A stretch of DNA of 64,000 bases, taken from assembly GCA_964016885.1 (NCBI GenBank), contig OZ024756.1:25110001-25174000 (forward strand), in the 5' to 3' direction. Numbering within the stretch: the first letter of the stretch is position 1; each line of letters begins with the position of its first letter. Positions 39,839-52,300 of this stretch are shown piece by piece. Source of the DNA: Eledone cirrhosa (lineage: Eukaryota). The translations under genes were made by a program, and so were the position numbers. Under the pieces are notes generated by a model. The model saw only the letters and a program-made list of their open reading frames with translations. It was not told the DNA's origin and made no database searches.

Positions 39839-42800
39839 ATCAATTGAGAGTTGGCTGTTTGAACGCGCGTGGCCTGAGCTCAGCTTGGAAGCAAGCAAAG
39901 CTTCTAAGTGACCTCAGGTCACAAAGTATAGATGTGATGGTTGTTTGCGAGAGTCGGATCAGCAGCGTGAGACAGCTGGCGCCCGCCTTCGATGACTTTG
40001 AGATGCACGCATCTCTCTGTCAACCCGGAGGCGGGGGGGGAGTTGCCGTACTGCTGGATAAACGTCTGACTCTCGACGTACAGATTGTTCACTCGGACCC
40101 GGGGGGTCGATTACTGGTGCTGGACGTCGGAGGTGGTGAAGGCGGGGCTTTCAGACTGGTCGGTCTTTATGCTCCCTTCGGGGCGGAGAGAGCCGACTTC
40201 TTCCAACGTCTGGAAACTTTTCTAGGAACGTCGCGTTCCCTGCTTTTAGTGGGGGACTGGAATGGAATCCTAGATGCGCGTTGGGACTATGCAGGGGCAT
40301 GTCCCGATAGAGGGGGGTGTAGCAGCCTCAAGGGGTTACTCGATCGATTCGACCTGGTCGATAGATTTCGACTAGATTGTCCAACTGCGCCAACCTGGAC
40401 CTGGGCAAACCGCAGTGGACAATCTAGATCGTACCTAGATAGGTTTTTGGTTAGGAGTAAGGATAGGGACGTATTTAGTTGTCCAGAACTGATCATGGTT
40501 GGCTATTCAGATCACAAATTAGTGACCTGCGTGGTCAACCTTGATAGAACGCATAGACAGGGTCCCGGTTACTGGAAGATGAACTTGTCCTTACCGACAA
40601 AGAAAGATTACAGAAACCGGATTAGTAGCTTAGTTAAGATGCGGTTGACGGGAGCGATCGTCAACAGTAGGTGGTGGATATCTCTAAAGAGAGAGATTAG
40701 AGTAAGTTCGATAGATTACAGTAAGGAACTAGCGGCGAATAGAAATAGGAGGGAAAGGGAGTTAACAGATAAACTAGAAGAGGCGATTAGGAGCGGAGAC
40801 GTAGCCAGAGTGTTAGCGACGAGAACGGCATTGAGCCAGTTCTTTGACGCGAAGCACGAAGGCTGCGTTGTCCGAAGTAAAATACGTGCTTTAGGAAACG
40901 AGGGGACCAAAGCTGTTAGCTGGGCCCGCGTGACAGAAGCCAAGAGTGGGATTAAATCCACCATTCGGTCTTTGCGAGACCAGGATGGACGGGTGATCCT
41001 TGAACCTGAGCGAATGTGCGAGACCTTTCAAAGGCACTTTGCTCGACTGTTCGGAGGTGGCGGGGGGCCGGACGGGGATGTGGACTTCGGTCCATACCTC
41101 GACGGTCTACCGCGTCTTTCGAGCGGCGAAGCGGAGTGCTGCGAAGAGCCAATCACAGCCACTGAAATCGGGGAAGCGCTCAGCCAATGCAGCAGACGCA
41201 AATCCCCGGGTCTCGATGGTCTACCATACGAACTTTATTTAGCTATGCCGGTCTTGTTCTCCGAACTCCTCGAGGCTGTCTATTGCAACTGGCAACAGAA
41301 CGGGAGAATTCCCTATTCTGTGACCAAGGGCGTGGTCACGCTAGTGAGGAAGGACGAGAGCAAGGGGGACGACTTAAGTAACTTTAGGCCCATAACTCTG
41401 CTGAATGCAGAGTTACAGATTTTGGCCAAGGTGTTGGCGAAGAGGTTGGCGCTTGTGGTGGGTGGTTTGGTGGGAGACGCGCAGACATGCGCTATCCCGT
41501 CCAGGTCCATTCACGACAACCTCCACCTCATGCGATACATCATAGAGAGGGTTGGCTACGAACCCGGCTTTGGTGGGGCCCTGATCAACTTGGATCAATC
41601 TAAGGCGTTCGATAGGGTCGACCATGGTTACCTGGATGCGGTGCTAGCGGCGGCGGGCTTCGGACCCGTTTTCAGGGGCTGGATTTCTGCCATGCACAGT
41701 GGCAACATCTACTCTAGGATTAAAGTAAACGGCTACCTCTCGGAGCCGTTTCAAATCACCCGATCCATCAGACAGGGGTGCCCCCTCTCCTCCCTTCTGT
41801 ACGTATTGACTCTCGAGCCACTGCTGCGGAAGTTGGAGTTGCTGCGGGGCATACCCCTGGAACCGGGATTGCACAAAGCGGTCTCGGCCTATGCCGACGA
41901 CGTAACAGTAATGGTGGCGGACGCCTCGGAAATCGGGGCGATCGCCACCCTACTGGAGGAATACGAAAGGCTGACGGGGGCTAAGCTGAACCAGGACAAG
42001 TCAGTCGGTTTGCAACTCGGAACGTGGAGGGGCAAACCGATGCCGTTAGACGGTGTCGTCGGGCGGTGGACGGAGGGCCCGGTGAAGCTGCTCGGGGTCT
42101 GGTTCGGACCGGACCTCCAGGTGGAGAAGAATTGGGGCGAGGTGACGAGCAGGGTGTTTGCGCTGACCCAGAAGTGGGCCAAGTGCAAACTATCACTGAA
42201 AGGTCGGGCGGAGGTGACGAACGCTTACATAGCGTCCGTCATCTACTACCGCCTGACCGTCGTGCCTTGCCCCAAGGAAAAGCTCACCATCATGGAACGC
42301 ATGCTCTTCCAGTTCCTCTGGAAGAAGCGGCCTCCCATGGTGAGGAGATCCATCTGCTGCCAGCACCCTTCGAAAGGAGGGCTGGGTATGCCGTGGCTGT
42401 TGATGCGTAGGCACGCATTGAGGCTACGGCATCTACAGGTATTCCTCAACGGTCAGCCGGTGTGGGCCCCGTTTGTGAGGCGAGCCTTCCCACAGCTCGT
42501 CTCGCTCACCGAACTGCAATCCTGGGTGAAGCAAAGACCGAGAAAACTGGGCAACTGGCACACTGAGTGTGCCCAGGCGCTCACGGCTATCTGGCAAGCG
42601 GACCCGACTGTCAGTGGAGAATCCACCTCGACATTCTATAGAGGGTTGGTGGCTAGCAGGGGCGACGACACCCTTGGAGAGTCGCTAGGCATGGAGGAGG
42701 ACGAACTGGCCAGCCTGTTCGGTAGAACTTTCGGCCCGGGACCCATGGACAACTTCCAGAGGTCCCTAGCCTGGCAGTGTTACCGGGGGGCTCTGCCCGT

Positions 42801-43272
42801 TCGAGAAAAGCTCTACAGACACGGGCGCCCGGGCAGGGATCCCGCGAAAAAGATCTGTCCCAGATGCGTGCGCGACGAGGAAACCGTTGCGCATGCACTG
42901 GTACACTGCCCGGGCGTTGCCGATCTGTGGGGCTACGTCGAACGACTGCTGTCGCGTGTGGCGCCGATTCGATTAACCGCCCAGTCTGTGGTGAACATCA
43001 AGCCGCCTCCTCCCTTCAGAAATGAAGCAGAGGCGGTCTTTCTGTGCGTAATAGCCATGATGAAAGAGGTTGTGTGGTGGACGCGCCTGAAAGGTCTGAG
43101 GTCGGGTGACTTTCTCTCCGGCCATCACCTGGTTTACTTCTTCCGATACCACTTCGGAAGAAGAATCAGGATGGAGAGAGAAGTGCTTGGTCCCAGACAG
43201 TTTTATGAAAGGTGGGTGAAAGAAGCGAGAATGGCCCGTGTAAATGGGCCTTCTCTCTACATTGTTCTGTAG
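39835..43272 (+). CDS. LINE ORF2: APE endonuclease + reverse transcriptase + C-terminal Cys/His motif
   Basis: NARGL, GDWN, YLDRF, SDH, PGYWKMN, KSPGLDG, FRPITLLN, LDQSKAFD, RQGCPLS, YADD, GGLG, CPRC...ETVAHALVHC; no AUG at the start. Confidence 0.93.
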   Translation: MDQLRVGCLNARGLSSAWKQAKLLSDLRSQSIDVMVVCESRISSVRQLAPAFDDFEMHASLCQPGGGGGVAVLLDKRLTLDVQIVHSDPGGRLLVLDVGGGEGGAFRLVGLYAPFGAERADFFQRLETFLGTSRSLLLVGDWNGILDARWDYAGACPDRGGCSSLKGLLDRFDLVDRFRLDCPTAPTWTWANRSGQSRSYLDRFLVRSKDRDVFSCPELIMVGYSDHKLVTCVVNLDRTHRQGPGYWKMNLSLPTKKDYRNRISSLVKMRLTGAIVNSRWWISLKREIRVSSIDYSKELAANRNRRERELTDKLEEAIRSGDVARVLATRTALSQFFDAKHEGCVVRSKIRALGNEGTKAVSWARVTEAKSGIKSTIRSLRDQDGRVILEPERMCETFQRHFARLFGGGGGPDGDVDFGPYLDGLPRLSSGEAECCEEPITATEIGEALSQCSRRKSPGLDGLPYELYLAMPVLFSELLEAVYCNWQQNGRIPYSVTKGVVTLVRKDESKGDDLSNFRPITLLNAELQILAKVLAKRLALVVGGLVGDAQTCAIPSRSIHDNLHLMRYIIERVGYEPGFGGALINLDQSKAFDRVDHGYLDAVLAAAGFGPVFRGWISAMHSGNIYSRIKVNGYLSEPFQITRSIRQGCPLSSLLYVLTLEPLLRKLELLRGIPLEPGLHKAVSAYADDVTVMVADASEIGAIATLLEEYERLTGAKLNQDKSVGLQLGTWRGKPMPLDGVVGRWTEGPVKLLGVWFGPDLQVEKNWGEVTSRVFALTQKWAKCKLSLKGRAEVTNAYIASVIYYRLTVVPCPKEKLTIMERMLFQFLWKKRPPMVRRSICCQHPSKGGLGMPWLLMRRHALRLRHLQVFLNGQPVWAPFVRRAFPQLVSLTELQSWVKQRPRKLGNWHTECAQALTAIWQADPTVSGESTSTFYRGLVASRGDDTLGESLGMEEDELASLFGRTFGPGPMDNFQRSLAWQCYRGALPVREKLYRHGRPGRDPAKKICPRCVRDEETVAHALVHCPGVADLWGYVERLLSRVAPIRLTAQSVVNIKPPPPFRNEAEAVFLCVIAMMKEVVWWTRLKGLRSGDFLSGHHLVYFFRYHFGRRIRMEREVLGPRQFYERWVKEARMARVNGPSLYIVL

Positions 43273-43517
43273 GTGAAGAAGTGAAGAGGAAAGGGGGAGC
43301 GCCTCCTCTCTGGGCTTCCCCCGCGAAAAGAGTTGCACACTTTTCGGGGGTATGTGCAATCCCCAACACGCCCCCTCCCTTTTGAGGACTTTTTATTGTT
43401 ATATTATTATTGTTATTCCTTTTTTCTTTACTCGATTTATGTAAACTCCCCCACTGTGTAAATGTCCCCTTCTTTTGTGCCCTCGTGGCAAATAAATAGA
43501 AATTTATCTATCTATCT

Positions 43518-46500
43518 TGATAGAGTAAGACACGCTTCACATCGGCTCCGCTATTCCATCGGGATTTACCCTTACTATTGTAAGTACCGGATAAATTTTT
43601 CAGTGCAACACATTTGGAACACTAACCCCTGTTATTTAGGGAAACATTTTTGCATTTTACCCCCTTTTTAGGGGGTAAAATAAATATCTAATTTTGCCGA
43701 AAAATTTCGTTCTTGGCAGCATGGCGGAAAAGATGGCAGACATGTCTGCCATTAGCTCTGCCACGCCCCCCAAGTCTGAAGAACAAAAAATAATTACAAC
43801 AAAATTAGACAACGAAACAAACAAAGAAAATGAAAAAACAAATGTTAAGGAAAATGAGCAAACGGAAAACAAACAAACAGAAAATAATACAAATAACAAC
43901 AGGGCAACTTTCGCCCAGAAAACAAAACAATCCATTACATACACACCAATTGACCTAACGGCCGCCAGAGAAAAACTGGCCGAAGCAAAGAAACACATTG
44001 TTTTGGGGGAGAATGGAATGTTTTCCATTAACCCCCCCCCCAGAATTCAAGAAAGCGAGAACAGAGAACACAGTTCTCTTCAGAACAATCCTAAACCAAA
44101 CAAGAAAGCCAGCACAGCCCAGCCAAATGGAGATAGAGTTGGTCCTAAAAGACTATATGAAGAATATTCTCTTCATACGAAAGGACCGACTCTATGGCAG
44201 CATTTCGGTCCTAACAAAAGACAAGGAAACGGCGGAGAAGCTTTCCATAAGCCCACTCTCATCGACAACATACAGCTTCTATCCCTCCTACATGGGTAGA
44301 AGAACACAGAGAGTAAAAATACAAACAATGCTACCCACAATGGACTTCTGGTGGGCTATTGCTGGCTTCATAGACATGGGCGAGGACACAGTGCTGTCAA
44401 TGGGGAAGGCATCCGGAGATGCGTTCCTGGGAATGGGCCTCGACCTACTAGTCCAAATGAGGCCCGAAAGAATAGCACAAATCCCGGATCGCATCTGGCT
44501 GGATGAGCTCACCCCAATAGATATAATTGTAGAGGGGAGAAGACCAGCATGCTATTTATGCATGGAAAGGGGACACATTAAGGCTAACTGCCCGAAACGT
44601 GTCCCCCAAAAAGGACTATTGCCCACACCCACCACAAACAGTACACCAACACCACCCACCTCCAAAAATACACTAATACCACACACAGCAAACAAAATAC
44701 AAACACCACCAAGCACATCACCACCACCAGCAGCAAACACAAGCTCGACACAAAAATCACCACCACCATCACCAACACAAACACCATCACCACCATTACC
44801 AACCACAAGCACGACACAAACAGCACCACCACCACCACAAAACGCATTCCAAACAAATAATAAAAAAAACAGCAACAAATCTACCCCTCCCGCAAAAAAA
44901 AAACAACCAGACACGACGTCCCTCCCACCTAGCGCTGAAGAATTTCCCCCAACTTCTGAAGAAGAAGGAGGAGAAGCCTTCAGACAAGTTAAAAGAAAAA
45001 AAAGAAAGCACACACCCAGCACACCACAAATAACCCACACACAAACACCAACTCCAATAAAAAACACCCCACCCTCAACAAACAAAAATAAATCTGCGCC
45101 TCCCCTCTCCGAAACATTGACAGCATCACAAAAAAAGACATTGCAATACACATATATAAATAAAGAAAACAAAAAACTGTTTAAATTAATAAACAATAGC
45201 CCTTTGGTGCAGACCGAAGGGCCAAACTTTATCTCAACAGAGAACTTCACCCATTTAAAAATGATAAAGGTCCCTCTGGACCTTTATCGTTCCTTAAAAG
45301 AACAATTTAGACAGGACGTGAGCCCCCCCCCCCCCTGTTTAAAACCGTTAAATCGCGTCCTCTTGAAAGATTTCCCCATAACCTCCCCTCTCCCTGACAC
45401 AACTCCAAACACCCCAACCCAACCACACTCGGGCACCCCCACACCACCACAAAACATCCCTCCACCCAACACACCTGACGCCATGGAAATTACACAACCC
45501 GGAGAGGTAAGTGCTTTTCTTTCTTCACTTTCAACACCAAAATAGATCAATTGAGAGTTGGCTGTTTGAACGCGCGTGGCCTGGGCTCAGCTTGGAAGCA
45601 AGCAAAGCTACTAAGTGACCTCAGGTCACGAAGTATAGATGTGATGGTTGTTTGCGAGAGTCGGATCAGCAGCGTGCGACAGCTGGCTCCCGCCTTCGAT
45701 GACTTTGAGATGCACGCATCTCTCTGTCAACCCGGAGGCGGGGGGGGGGGGAGTTGCCGTACTGCTGGATAAACGTCTGGCTCTCGACGTACAGATTGTT
45801 CACTCGGACCCGGGGGGTCGAATACTGATGCTGGACGTCGGAGGCGATGAAGGCGGGGCTTTCAGACTGGTCGGTCTTTATGCCCCCTTCGGGGCTGAAA
45901 GAGCCGACTTCTTCCAGCGTCTGGAGACTTTTCTAGGAACGTCGCGTTCCCTGCTTTTAGTGGGGGACTGGAATGGAATCCTAGATGCGCGTTGGGACTA
46001 TGCAGGGGCATGTCCCGATAGAGGGGGGTGTAGCAGCCTCAAGGGGTTACTCGATCGATTCGACCTGGTCGATAGATTTCGACTAGATTGTCCAACTGCG
46101 CCAACCTGGACCTGGGCAAACCGCAGTGGACAATCTAGATCGTACCTAGATAGGTTTTTGGTTAGGAGTAAGGATAGGGACGTATTTAGTTGTCCAGAAT
46201 TGATCATGGTTGGCTATTCAGATCACAAATTAGTGACCTGCGTGGTCAACCTTGATAGAACGCATAGACAGGGTCCCGGTTACTGGAAGATGAACTTGTC
46301 CTTGCCGGCAAAGAAAGATTACAGGAACCGGATTAGTAGCTTAGTTAAGATGCGGTTGACGGGAGCGATTGTCAACAGTAGGTGGTGGGTATCTCTAAAG
46401 AGAGAGATTAGAGTAAGTTCGATAGGTTACAGTAAGGAACTAGCGGCGAATAGAAATAGGAAGGAAAGGGAGTTAACAGATAAACTAGAAGAGGCGATTA

Positions 46501-49216
46501 GGAGCGGAGACGTAGCCAGAGTGTTAGCGGCGAGAACGGCGTTGAGCCAGTTCTTTGACGCGAAGCACGAAGGCTGCGTTGTCCGAAGTAAAATACGTGC
46601 TTTAGGAAACGAGGGAGGGGACCAAAGCTGTTAGCTGGGCCCGCGTGACAGAAGCCAAGAGTGGGATTAAATCCACCATTCGGTCTTTGCGAGACCAGGA
46701 TGGACGGGTGATCCTTGAACCTGAGCGGATGTGCGAGGCCTTTCAAAGGCACTTTGCTCGACTGTTCGGAGGGGGCGGGGGGCCGGACGGGGATGTGGAC
46801 TTCGGTCCATACCTCGACGGTCTACCGCGTCTTTCGAGCGGCGAAGCGGAGTGCTGCGAAAGGCCAATCACAGCCACTGAAATCGGGGAAGCGCTCAGCA
46901 AATGCAGCAGACGCAAATCTCCGGGTCTCGATGGTCTACCATACGAACTTTATTTAGCTATGCCGGTCTTGTTCTCCGAACTCCTCGAGGCTGTCTATTG
47001 CAACTGGCAACAGAACGGGAGAATTCCCTGTTCTGTGACCAAGGGCGTGGTCACGCTAGTGAGGAAGGACGAGAGCAAGGGGGACGACTTAAGTAACTTT
47101 AGGCCCATAACTCTGCTGAATGCAGAGTTACAGATTTTGGCCAAGGTGTTGGCGAAGAGGTTGGCGCTTGTGGTGGGTGGTTTGGTGGGAGACGCGCAGA
47201 CATGCGCTATCCCGTCCAGGTCCATTCACGACAACCTCCACCTCATGCGATACATCATAGAGAGGGTTGGCAACGAACCCGGCTTTGGTGGGGCCCTGAT
47301 CAACTTGGATCAATCTAAGGCGTTCGATAGGGTCGACCATGGTTACCTGGATGCGGTGCTAGCGGCGGCGGGCTTCGGACCCGTTTTCAGGGGCTGGATT
47401 TCTGCCATGCACAGTGGCAACATCTACTCTAGGATTAAAGTAAACGGCTACCTCTCGGAGCCGTTTCAAATCACCCGGTCCATCAGACAGGGGTGCCCCC
47501 TCTCCTCCCTTCTGTACGTATTGACTCTCGAGCCACTGCTGCGGAAGTTGGAGTTGCTGCGGGGCATACCCCTGGAACCGGGATTGCACAAAGCGGTCTC
47601 GGCCTATGCCGACGACGTAACAGTAATGGTGGCGGACGCCTCGGAAATCGGGGCGATCGCCACCCTACTGGAGGAATACGAAAGGCTGACGGGGGCTAGG
47701 CTGAACCGAGACAAGTCAGTCGGTTTGCAACTCGGAACGTGGAGGGGCAAACCGATGCCGTTAGACGGTGTCGTCGGGAGGTGGACGGAGGGCCCGGTGA
47801 AGCTGCTCGGGGTCTGGTTCGGACCGGACCTCCAGGTGGAGAAGAATTGGGGCGAGGTGACGAGCAGGGTGTTTGCGCTGACCCAGAAGTGGGCCAAGTG
47901 CAAACTATCACTGAAAGGTCGGGCGGAGGTGACGAACGCTTACATAGCGTCCGTCATCTGCTACCGCCTGACCGTCGTGCCTTGCCCCAAGGAAAAGATC
48001 ACCATCATGGAACGCATGCTCTTCCAGTTCCTCTGGAAGAAGCGGCCTCCCATGGTGAGGAGATCCATCTGCTGCCAGCACCCTTCGAAAGGAGGGCTGG
48101 GTATGCCGTGGCTGTTGATGCGTAGGCACGCATTGAGGCTACGGCATCTACAGGTATTCCTCACCGGTCAGCCGGTGTGGGCCCCGTTTGTGAGGCGAGC
48201 CTTCCCACAGCTCGTCTCGCTCACCGAGCTGCAATCCTGGGTGAAGCAAAGACCGAGAAAACTGGGCAACTGGCACACCGAGTGTGCCCAGGCGCTCACG
48301 GCTATCTAGCAAGCGGACCCGACTGTCAGTGGAGAATCCACCTCGACATTCTATAGAGGGCTGGTGGCTAGCAGGGGCGACGACACCCTTGGAGAGTCGC
48401 TAGGCATGGAGGAGGACGAACTGGCCAGCCTGTTCGGTAGAACTTTCGGCCCGGGACCCATGGACAACTTCCAGAGGTCCCTAGCCTGGCAGTGTTACCG
48501 AGGGGCTCTGCCCGTTCGAGAAAAGCTCTACAGACACGGGCGCCCGGGCAGGGATCCAGCGAAAAAGATCTGTCCCAGATGCGTGCGCGACGAGGAAACC
48601 GTTGCGCATGCACTGGTACACTGCCCGGGCGTTGCCGATCTGTGGGGCTACGTCGAACGACTGCTGTCGCGTGTGGCGCCGATTCGATTAACCGCCGAGT
48701 CTGTGGTGAACATCAAGCCGCCGCCTCCCTTCAGAAACGAAGCAGAGGCGGTCTTTCTGTGCGTAATAGCCATGATGAAAGAGGTTGTGTGGTGGACGCG
48801 CCTGAAAGGTCTGAGGTCGGGTGGCTTTCTCTCCGGCCATCACCTGGTTTACTTCTTCCGATACCACTTCGGAAGAAGGATCAGGATGGAGAGAGAAGTG
48901 CTTGGCCCCAGACAGTTTTATGAAAGGTGGGTGAAAGAAGCGAGAATGGCTCGTGTAAATGGGCCTTCTCTCTACATTGTTCTGTAGGTGAAGAAGTGAA
49001 GAGGAAAGGGGGAGCGCCTCCTCTCTGGGCTTCCCCCGCGAAAAGGGTTGCACACTTTTCGGGGGTATGTGCAATCCCGAACACGCCCCTCCCTTTTGAG
49101 GACTTTTTATTATTATATTATTATTGTTATTCCTTTTTCTTTACTCGATTTATGTAAACTCCCCCACTGTGTATTTGTCCCCTTCTTTTGTGCCCTCGTG
49201 GCAAATAAATAGAAAT

Positions 49217-49217
<1 letters not shown>
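43518..49217 (+). mobile_element. Full-length Tx1/L1-clade LINE, copy 2 (near-identical to copy 1; frameshifts and a nonsense codon)
   Basis: Same 5' start tgatagagtaagacacg; frameshifts at homopolymer runs (~44035, ~45745, ~46615); TGG>TAG at 48307. Confidence 0.92.
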
Positions 49218-49250
<33 letters not shown>

Positions 49251-49251
49251 G

Positions 49252-49318
<67 letters not shown>

Positions 49319-49326
49319 CTCTCTCT

Positions 49327-52300
49327 ACCAGACGTGTGTAACTTCGCGGAGAAGTTTCCGTTAATTTATGTAAGAAAAAAACGTGAGTTTTCAGTTAAAT
49401 TTTATATTATTGTGTAACTTGACCCCCCGTCTGGACCTTCATGTGGTGGGTTAACTCATTTTCGCCCCTACAGGGGCGAAATATTCGTTTGAAAATTTTT
49501 TCTCCATCGAATTTTTAAAAAAAATATCGGAAGAAGTTTGATTATGTTATGAACGCTGCGTTCAACGATAATGGTGGTGGAGAGTCGGTAAGACTACAGA
49601 GCTCGCAGTCAACATCGTCTTCTTCCCTAGATACTATGGAGATGGAAAGACAAAATGAAAATGTAAAAACAAATTCATATCCAAACAACACAAATGACAC
49701 CAAACAGTTCAATGACAACAAAAATAACAACAACACCAATAATGATGATAAAAACAACAATGACAACAACAACAAAGAAAAAAATAAAGACAACACCAAT
49801 AACACCAACATCAAAGACAACAACAAGACCAACACCAACACCAAGGAAAATACGAATAATATCAACATCAGTGACAACAAGAATAACAACAACAACAACA
49901 ATAATGACAACACTACCAACACGGATAATTCCACAAAGAAACCAAAAATCTCCTTTGCACAGACAGTTCAAAAAAAGGAGGAACTGACATATCTCGACAT
50001 AACAAATGCCGAACAACTTTTAAAGGACGCTAGGAGATATGTCACTTTCGAAAAAAAATGGTGCTTTCAGCATCAATTCTCCGGTAGAAATTCGCAAGGA
50101 AACTGCTCTCAAAACGATAGTTTTTAGGACAGTTTCCAATTCTACCCGAAAACCAGTCCAATTGTCACAGAAAGAAATTGAACTGGTTTTCAAAAATTCA
50201 ATGAATGATATTGCATTCATTCAAAGAAGCAAACTTTTTGAGAGTATTTCGGTACTCATGAAGGATCAATTGACGGCCCAAAATTACTCTGTGTCGCCAA
50301 TTGTATCCAACCTGTATACCTTTTTCCCTACATACATGGGAAAAAGGACACAAAAGATTAAAATCACGAGTATCACACCAAAGGTGAACATATGGTGGAT
50401 ACTGTGCGGCTTCATCAATTTTGATGAAGACAGAATACTGTCAGTAGGAAAGTCCCCCAGAGATGTATTCAATGGGACTAGCATTGAAGTTCTGGTGCAA
50501 ATGAGCCCAGAGCAAATAGCTATGATCCCACAACGTGTACTCCTGGACGGACTCACCTACATAAACTTTTCGGTTGAGGGTAGGCGGCCTTCATGTTACC
50601 ATTGCTTTAGCAGGGGTCACCTGAGGGCTTCCTGTCCTAAATTAATGAGTCAAAAAAAGGCTCTTCTGCCGACACCCATCAAAACAACACAACCACCAAC
50701 ACCACCACAACAACAACAACACCAACACACAAAAATAACCACAACAAACACAGTCCCACCCAACCCCACTCCACCTAAAACCACTGCAAAATCACATACA
50801 GACACAACAGCTCCCCAAGACATACTCCTCCCCAATCACACAGACGATACAACAGATGAGGCTATCTCGCCATCACCCAGTGAAGACGGGGGAGAACCCC
50901 ATCGCTCGAAAAGAAAGAAAAGACATCACAAAAGCAAAAAACCAGCAAACACTACCACAAACATACAACCACCAACACAAACAACAAAAACATCACAAAC
51001 AAAACCCCCACTTCCTGAAAACAAAATACCTACAACAAAACGAAAGCACACACAAGAACTACAGACAAAAACAAACACAACACAAGAAAATTACACTTAC
51101 ACTTACATAAACACTGAAAACAAAACACTAATGGAGACCATCACGAACGACCCTTCGGTGAAAACCGAAGAGAAAACTTTCGCCCACTCTATTAAAAATA
51201 ACAAAAAACTGAACCTAAAACTGATTAGGGTCCCTATACAAACTTATAGGTCCCTAAAAGAAACATTTGAGAAGGATGTGGGGAATTCCTGCGTGAAACC
51301 ACTTAACCGCGTCCTTCTCAAATGTCTCCCCACCCCAGACACCCCCATCCCACCAGACCCCACCCCACCAAACATCTCCGTCCCCACCCCGCCGGAAACC
51401 ACCACCCATCCAGACAACCCCTCCAACACCCTCATGGAAATCGTGCAGCCTGGTCCCCAGGAGACGAAGGGTGAGTGATCTCTTTTCCTCTTTTAACTTT
51501 TCAGCACCAACATGGCCAATATAAGAGTTGGATGTGTGAACATACGCGGCCTGGGGATGCCCTGGAAACAGGGCAAACTCTTAAACGACCTCAGGTCGCA
51601 CAGTATGGATGTGGTAGCCATTTGCGAGTCCAGGATCCACAGCGAGCGACAGCTGGCCCCCATCTTCGATGACTTTGAGATCTACGCATCTCTCTGTCAA
51701 CCGGGGGGTGGGGGCGGAGTTGCCGTTTTGCTGCGGAAACACCTGGGCCTCGTAACACAGACGGTACATCTGGACCCGGAGGGTCGACTGGTGGTCCTAG
51801 ACGTTGACGGTAGTGAAGGTGGAGCCTTCAGGCTGGTGGCCGCATATGCCCCATCCGGGACACCGCGGCCAGACTTCTTCAAACGTCTAGAGACTTTTCT
51901 GGGAACATCCCGCTCCTTGCTTTTAGTGGGGGACTGGAATGGAATCCTAGATGCACGTTGGGACTATGTGGGAGCATGTCCCGATAAAGGGGGGTGTAAC
52001 AGCCTCAAACAGTTAATCGACCGATTTGACCTGGCCGATAGATATCGACTAGATTTTCCGACTGCGCCACTGTGGACGTGGAGTAGATCGTACCTAGATA
52101 GGGTTCTAGTTAGAAATAAGGATAGGGACATGTTAAGCTGTCCACAAATGTTCATGGTTGCCTATTCAGATCACAAACTAGTGACCTGCATGGCCAACAT
52201 TGATAGAACCCATAGACAAGGACCCGGCTACTGGAAGCTGAACTTGTCGTTACCGACAAGCAAAGCCTACAGTAGACGGATTAGCACTTTAGTTAAACAA

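Larger units (their letters stand above)
37800..43504 (+). mobile_element. Full-length Tx1/L1-clade LINE, copy 1 (ORF2 intact)
   Basis: 5'UTR, ORF1 with CCHC knuckle, ORF2 APE-RT-CCHC, 3'UTR with AATAAA; (TATC)n on both sides. Confidence 0.92.

Noticed and set aside
43518-49217. Copy 2 as a pure assembly duplicate of copy 1
   Set aside because: Many scattered substitutions, indels in ORF1 and a private nonsense codon indicate a separate insertion, though a haplotype artefact needs read-level exclusion.
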